A stretch of 33,990 bases of DNA from Bacteroidales bacterium (lineage in GTDB: Bacteria; Bacteroidota; Bacteroidia; Bacteroidales; PUMT01): the NCBI GenBank assembly GCA_007119075.1, contig SKQJ01000114.1:1-33990 (forward strand), written 5' to 3'. This document shows, one piece after another, positions 29,589 to 33,990 of this stretch (the stretch's first letter is position 1; each line of letters opens with the position of its first letter). The notes beneath the pieces were generated by a model. That model did not search any database and had not been told where the DNA came from. It saw only the letters and a program-made list of their open reading frames with translations. Position numbers and translations under genes: made by a program.

Positions 29589-29816
29589 ATGAAGATATCA
29601 GAAATAAGGGAGTTGTCGACAAGCGATATCCAGGAAAGAATAGAGACCGAAAAAAGCCTTCTGCTGAAGCTCAGAATGAATCACGCGGTCTCCCCTCTCG
29701 ATAATCCGCTCAAAATCCCGGCCACCAGAAGAAATATTGCCAGGATGAGGACCGAATTGAGGGCACGAATGCTTGCTGAAAAACAGAAACCGGCTTCCGG
29801 TGAAGACAAGAGCTGA
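29589..29816 (+). CDS. rpmC: 50S ribosomal protein L29.
   Basis: Sequence and gene order. Confidence 0.93.
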   Translation: MKISEIRELSTSDIQERIETEKSLLLKLRMNHAVSPLDNPLKIPATRRNIARMRTELRARMLAEKQKPASGEDKS

Positions 29817-29893
29817 TTCCGGCCGGCGGCCGGACGAAAAAATCTGCCTTGCCTTTGAAACAGAACAATAATATCGAATAACGTTATAAAATA

Positions 29894-30148
29894 ATGGAGC
29901 GAAATTTAAGAAAAGAACGGACCGGCGTTGTCATCAGCAACAAAATGGATAAATCCATTGTGATAAGCGTCGGCCGGAGGGTCAAGCACCCCATCTACGG
30001 CAAGTTCGTCAAAAAATCGACCAAACTGATGGCCCATGACGATCAAAACAGCGCCAACATCGGCGACACCGTGAAAATAATGGAAACAAAACCGCTGAGC
30101 AGGAATAAATGCTGGAGGTTAGTAGAAATAATTGAAAGAGCTAAATAA
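29894..30148 (+). CDS. rpsQ: 30S ribosomal protein S17.
   Basis: Sequence and gene order. Confidence 0.96.
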   Translation: MERNLRKERTGVVISNKMDKSIVISVGRRVKHPIYGKFVKKSTKLMAHDDQNSANIGDTVKIMETKPLSRNKCWRLVEIIERAK

Positions 30149-30150
30149 TC

Positions 30151-30516
30151 ATGATACAGCAGGAAAGCAGATTGACCGTGGCCGATAACAGCGGCGCAAA
30201 AGAGGTGCTTTGCATAAGAGTGCTCGGCGGCAGCGGAAAAAAATATGCCAGGGTTGGCGACAAGATTGTTATCACTGTCAAGAGTGCCATTCCTTCCGGG
30301 GAAATTAAAAAGGGTACGGTCAGCAAGGCCGTGGTAGTGCGCACAAAGAATACCATACGCCGGGTTGACGGATCCTATATCCGGTTCGATGACAATGCCG
30401 TTGTTTTGCTCAACAACGTTGGTGAAATCAGGGGTACCCGTATTTTCGGACCTGTTCCCAGGGAGCTTCGTGAAAAGTACATGAAGATCGTTTCTCTCGC
30501 ACCCGAAGTTTTATAA
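30151..30516 (+). CDS. rplN: 50S ribosomal protein L14.
   Basis: [17 protein letters not shown]... and gene order. Confidence 0.98.
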   Translation: MIQQESRLTVADNSGAKEVLCIRVLGGSGKKYARVGDKIVITVKSAIPSGEIKKGTVSKAVVVRTKNTIRRVDGSYIRFDDNAVVLLNNVGEIRGTRIFGPVPRELREKYMKIVSLAPEVL

Positions 30517-30534
30517 TAATAAAAAAATCAAGAA

Positions 30535-30858
30535 ATGGGCAGAAAATACCATATTAAAAAAGGCGATACGGTTTATGTGATTTCCGGGGAATCAAAGGGT
30601 CAGCAGGGAAGGGTCCTTGATCTGCAAATCAAGAAAGGCAAAGCAATAGTTGAGGGCGTGAATATGGTTTCACGACATACCAAGCCCAGTGCCAAACATA
30701 CCCAGGGAGGAATCATCAAAAAAGAGGCCCCCGTAACGGTATCCAACCTGATGCTTGTTGATCCGTCGACCGGGAAACCTACAAGGATAGGAAGAAGATA
30801 CGATGAAAAAAACAATCTGGTACGTTATTCAAAAAAAACAGGGGAGGAAATTAAGTAA
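30535..30858 (+). CDS. rplX: 50S ribosomal protein L24.
   Basis: KOW motif region and gene order. Confidence 0.95.
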   Translation: MGRKYHIKKGDTVYVISGESKGQQGRVLDLQIKKGKAIVEGVNMVSRHTKPSAKHTQGGIIKKEAPVTVSNLMLVDPSTGKPTRIGRRYDEKNNLVRYSKKTGEEIK

Positions 30859-31415
30859 TGGACTATACGCCCGCACTTAAGAAAAAATACGCCGAGGAGG
30901 TTGTGCCTGCACTGACTAAACAGTTCAAATATAAAACGGTGATGCAGGTACCCCGGCTACAGAAAATTGTAATCAATCAGGGAGTCGGCCAGGCCGTTGC
31001 CGACAAGAAATTAATCGAGATCGCCCAGGCTGAGCTTACTGCCATTGCCGGCCAGAAAGCCGTGCAGACCGTTTCAAGGAAGGACATATCCAATTTCAAG
31101 CTCCGGCGTGAAATGCCAATCGGCGTCCGCGTCACCCTGAGGAGGGAACGCATGTATGAATTCCTTGAAAGGCTTATAGCGGCAGCTCTTCCGCGGATCA
31201 GGGATTTCCGGGGAGTCAGCAGCAAATTTGACGGGAGAGGCAATTATACCCTTGGAATTTCTGAACAGATAATTTTTCCCGAAATAGATATTGACAAGAT
31301 CAACAAAATAATGGGAATGGAGATCACCTTCGTTACAACGGCCCCGACCGATGAGGAAGGTTTCGCGCTGCTGAAGGAATTCGGCATACCATTCAAAAAT
31401 GTAAAAAAGAATTAA
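30858..31415 (+). CDS. rplE: 50S ribosomal protein L5.
   Basis: Sequence and gene order. TAATG overlap with rplX. Confidence 0.97.
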   Translation: MDYTPALKKKYAEEVVPALTKQFKYKTVMQVPRLQKIVINQGVGQAVADKKLIEIAQAELTAIAGQKAVQTVSRKDISNFKLRREMPIGVRVTLRRERMYEFLERLIAAALPRIRDFRGVSSKFDGRGNYTLGISEQIIFPEIDIDKINKIMGMEITFVTTAPTDEEGFALLKEFGIPFKNVKKN

Positions 31416-31419
31416 CAAT

Positions 31420-31689
31420 ATGGCAAAAGAGTCAATGAAAGCGCGCGAACGGCGCCGTCAGAAACTGGTTGACCGTTACGCTGAGAAACGGGCAAAACTT
31501 AAGGAAGAAGGTGATTATGTTGGCCTGAGCCGCTTACCGCGGAACAGCAATCCTATCAGGCTTCATAACAGATGCATGCTTACCGGGCGTCCCAAGGGAT
31601 ACATGCGTCAGTTCGGACTGAGCAGGATAACTTTCAGGGAAATGGCTTCCAAAGGACTTATTCCGGGTATAAAGAAAGCAAGTTGGTAG
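31420..31689 (+). CDS. rpsN: 30S ribosomal protein S14 (long form, no CxxC zinc motifs).
   Basis: Sequence and gene order. There is only one Cys in 89 aa. Confidence 0.96.
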   Translation: MAKESMKARERRRQKLVDRYAEKRAKLKEEGDYVGLSRLPRNSNPIRLHNRCMLTGRPKGYMRQFGLSRITFREMASKGLIPGIKKASW

Positions 31690-31711
31690 TAATATTATAA
31701 AATTCATTAAG

Positions 31712-32107
31712 ATGACAGATCCTATAGCAGATTATCTTACGCGGCTGAGAAATGCATTGATGGCCAAGCATAAGATTGTCGAGATACCTGCTTCAAACCT
31801 GAAAAAGGACATTACCAAAATCCTGTTTGAAAAAGGCTATATACTTAATTACAAGTTCGAAGATAACGCAGTCCAGGGAAATATCAAGATTGCACTGAAA
31901 TACCATCCCGAAACCAGACAGCCCGCAATTAAATCCCTCCGCAGGGTCAGCAGGCCCGGTTTGCGGCAGTACAAGGGAAAGGATGAGCTTCCCAGGGTGC
32001 TCAACGGGCTTGGGATTGCCATTCTGTCAACCTCCCAGGGAGTTATGTCTGACAAGGAGGCCCGGAAGAAAAGCATTGGCGGCGAAGTATTGTGTTACGT
32101 TTATTAA
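31712..32107 (+). CDS. rpsH: 30S ribosomal protein S8.
   Basis: [15 protein letters not shown]... and gene order. Confidence 0.97.
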   Translation: MTDPIADYLTRLRNALMAKHKIVEIPASNLKKDITKILFEKGYILNYKFEDNAVQGNIKIALKYHPETRQPAIKSLRRVSRPGLRQYKGKDELPRVLNGLGIAILSTSQGVMSDKEARKKSIGGEVLCYVY

Positions 32108-32121
32108 TTGGAGGAACTGCA

Positions 32122-32676
32122 ATGTCAAGAATTGGAAACTTACCTATAGAACTGCCTGAAAAGGTTGAGGTCAGCATCGACAAAAAAAACCTGGTCAAAG
32201 TGAAAGGTCCCCTCGGGGAACTCGCACAACAGGTTGATCCGCGGATTACTGTGAAGCTGAACGATAACCAGGTGGTATTGTCGAGAAACTCTGAAGATAA
32301 CCAGAGCAAGTCGATGCACGGACTGTACCGTTCACTTATATACAATATGGTTGTTGGTGTTACCAGCGGCTTTGAGATCAAACAGGAGCTTGTGGGCGTA
32401 GGGTACAGGGCTGAGGCCAAAGGGCAGGTGCTTGAGCTCAGTCTTGGCTATTCCCATGATATCCATTTTCAGATACCCCCCGAGGTAAAAGTTGAAGCCT
32501 TAACCGAGCGTCGTGCAAATCCTGTAATCACCCTGAAGAGCATAGACAAGCAGCTGATCGGACAGGTGGCGGCTAAAATCCGGTCATTCCGGAAGCCGGA
32601 GCCATATAAAGGCAAAGGCATAAAGTATGTCGGCGAACAGCTCAGGAAAAAGGCCGGCAAATCTGCAAGTGTTTAA
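32122..32676 (+). CDS. rplF: 50S ribosomal protein L6.
   Basis: [12 protein letters not shown]... The start was set at the ATG at 32122. The ORF-track start at 32092 overlaps rpsH. Confidence 0.96.
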   Translation: MSRIGNLPIELPEKVEVSIDKKNLVKVKGPLGELAQQVDPRITVKLNDNQVVLSRNSEDNQSKSMHGLYRSLIYNMVVGVTSGFEIKQELVGVGYRAEAKGQVLELSLGYSHDIHFQIPPEVKVEALTERRANPVITLKSIDKQLIGQVAAKIRSFRKPEPYKGKGIKYVGEQLRKKAGKSASV

Positions 32677-32699
32677 TAATTTTTAAAACAGGATCAATC

Positions 32700-33059
32700 A
32701 TGTCTTTGACAAAGGTAAAAAGGAGAAAACGGATCAAAATGAGGATCCGCAGAAATATTTCCGGAACCGGGGACCGGCCCCGGATGACGGTGTTCCGCAG
32801 CAACAAGGGAATGTATGTGCAACTGATCGACGATCTCAACGGCCGGACGCTCGTGGCTGCATCATCCCTGAAGGCGGAAGGAGAGGATCCCGGTAAAACA
32901 AACAAAATCGAACAGGCAAAACTGGTGGGCAAAATGATTGCCGGGAAATCGCTGGAAAAAGGCATTTCACAGGTGGTTTTCGACAGGAATGGTTACTTAT
33001 ATCATGGCAGGGTTAAAGCATTGGCCGATGCTGCCAGGGAAGGAGGATTAAAATTTTAA
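32700..33059 (+). CDS. rplR: 50S ribosomal protein L18.
   Basis: Sequence ([19 protein letters not shown]) and gene order. Confidence 0.96.
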   Translation: MSLTKVKRRKRIKMRIRRNISGTGDRPRMTVFRSNKGMYVQLIDDLNGRTLVAASSLKAEGEDPGKTNKIEQAKLVGKMIAGKSLEKGISQVVFDRNGYLYHGRVKALADAAREGGLKF

Positions 33060-33062
33060 GCT

Positions 33063-33578
33063 ATGTCAACAACAATCAGAAAAGTAAAAACCAGTGATCT
33101 GGAACTTAAAGACCGCGTTGTAAGCATCCAGCGTGTTACCAAAGTCACCAAAGGAGGCCGGACATTCAGTTTTTCAGCCATCGTTGTGGTGGGCAACGAA
33201 GATGGTATTGTCGGCTATGGGCTTGGCAAGGCCAACGAGGTAACCACGGCAATATCCAAGGGCATAGAGGATGCAAAAAAGAACCTTGTAAGGATACCCG
33301 TCCATAAAGGCACTATTCCGCATGAGCAGTACGCTAAATATGGCGGTGCGAGAGTGTTCCTGAAACCCGCATCACATGGTACGGGCGTAGTTGCCGGAGG
33401 TGCAATGCGTGCCGTGCTTGAAAGTGTGGGCATCATTGACGTGCTTGCAAAGTCCAAGGGATCGTCCAATCCGCATAATCTTGTCAAGGCCACTTTCGAA
33501 GCGCTTATGCAACTGCGGGATCCACATACAATTTCGGAACTGCGGGGAATTCCCCTCGAGAGAGTTTTTAACGGATAA
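33063..33578 (+). CDS. rpsE: 30S ribosomal protein S5.
   Basis: Sequence and gene order. Confidence 0.97.
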   Translation: MSTTIRKVKTSDLELKDRVVSIQRVTKVTKGGRTFSFSAIVVVGNEDGIVGYGLGKANEVTTAISKGIEDAKKNLVRIPVHKGTIPHEQYAKYGGARVFLKPASHGTGVVAGGAMRAVLESVGIIDVLAKSKGSSNPHNLVKATFEALMQLRDPHTISELRGIPLERVFNG

Positions 33579-33592
33579 TAAATAATAACAAC

Positions 33593-33775
33593 ATGGCCAG
33601 AATTAGATATACCCAGGTAAAAAGCAACATCGGAAGCACACAGCGGCAAAAGAGAACACTGGAGGCACTGGGTCTTGGCAAAATAAGCCAGAAGGCAGAA
33701 GCTGAAGCCACCCCGCAGATCCGGGGCATGCTGGAAAAGGTACGCCATTTGCTTAAAATTGAAGAGGTAAAATAA
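33593..33775 (+). CDS. rpmD: 50S ribosomal protein L30.
   Basis: Sequence and gene order. Confidence 0.94.
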   Translation: MARIRYTQVKSNIGSTQRQKRTLEALGLGKISQKAEAEATPQIRGMLEKVRHLLKIEEVK

Positions 33776-33796
33776 ATAACAGATTAAATTAAGGAT

Positions 33797-33990
33797 ATGG
33801 ATTTGAGTAATTTAAAACCCGCCAAAGGTTCTGTCAAAACAAATAAAAGGCTGGGCAGGGGAGAAGGATCCGGGCGGGGAGGAACCGCTACAAAGGGTCA
33901 CAAGGGTCAAAAATCCCGTTCCGGATACAGCCGGACGGCTGGATTTGAAGGCGGACAGATGCCCCTGCAGCGGCGGGTCCCCAAATTCGG
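33797..33990 (+). CDS. rplO: 50S ribosomal protein L15, truncated at the 3' end by the window edge.
   Basis: Own translation from the ATG at 33797 gives [43 protein letters not shown]... This ORF is not in the ORF track because it runs off the window. Confidence 0.93.
   Translation, partial: MDLSNLKPAKGSVKTNKRLGRGEGSGRGGTATKGHKGQKSRSGYSRTAGFEGGQMPLQRRVPKF

Noticed and set aside
31420-31689. The S14 is the zinc-free long form, which might hint at paralog switching.
   Set aside because: The long C-minus form in the spc cluster is a normal arrangement in many bacteria. No second S14 copy is visible here.

Overview
This window looks like an ordinary chromosomal core region of a Bacteroidota-type genome, and I found no convincing novel multi-gene system such as a defence island, CRISPR array, mobile element or biosynthetic cluster. 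The lineage call rests on four things: TTTG/TAnnTTTG-type promoter boxes, a T9SS type-B C-terminal sorting domain protein, the DUF4290-murA pairing, and a fused str-S10-spc ribosomal cluster with no tuf after fusA.

The left ~21 kb holds housekeeping and accessory genes, mostly on the minus strand:
- SAM methyltransferase
- aspartase/fumarase-family lyase
- HTH-less sigma-54 response regulator
- Ppx/GppA phosphatase
- NatAB-like ABC pair
- dnaJ and grpE
- TlpA-like thiol-disulfide oxidoreductase
- murA and DUF4290
- UvrD/PcrA helicase
- T9SS cargo protein
- MscS channel
- GH13 lipoprotein
- an EF-G paralog

The right ~12 kb is the ribosomal cluster from rpsL-rpsG-fusA-rpsJ through to rplO, which is cut by the window end. 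No tRNA or rRNA genes were seen.

The observations most worth a second look are:
1. The EF-G paralog has degenerate GTPase motifs (the catalytic His is Leu) and sits divergently next to the operon that carries canonical fusA.
2. A ~56-nt structured intergenic repeat family occurs in three copies, two of them tandem at the window start, with one compensatory stem substitution.
3. A perfect 28-bp sequence occurs twice in inverted orientation 13.9 kb apart, each time just after a stop codon.
4. A 21-bp direct repeat overlaps the predicted GH13 promoter.
5. The sigma-54 activator is orphan, lacks a DNA-binding domain and carries a GAFTSA loop.

All calls come from reading the sequence and the translations. 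No database search was possible.
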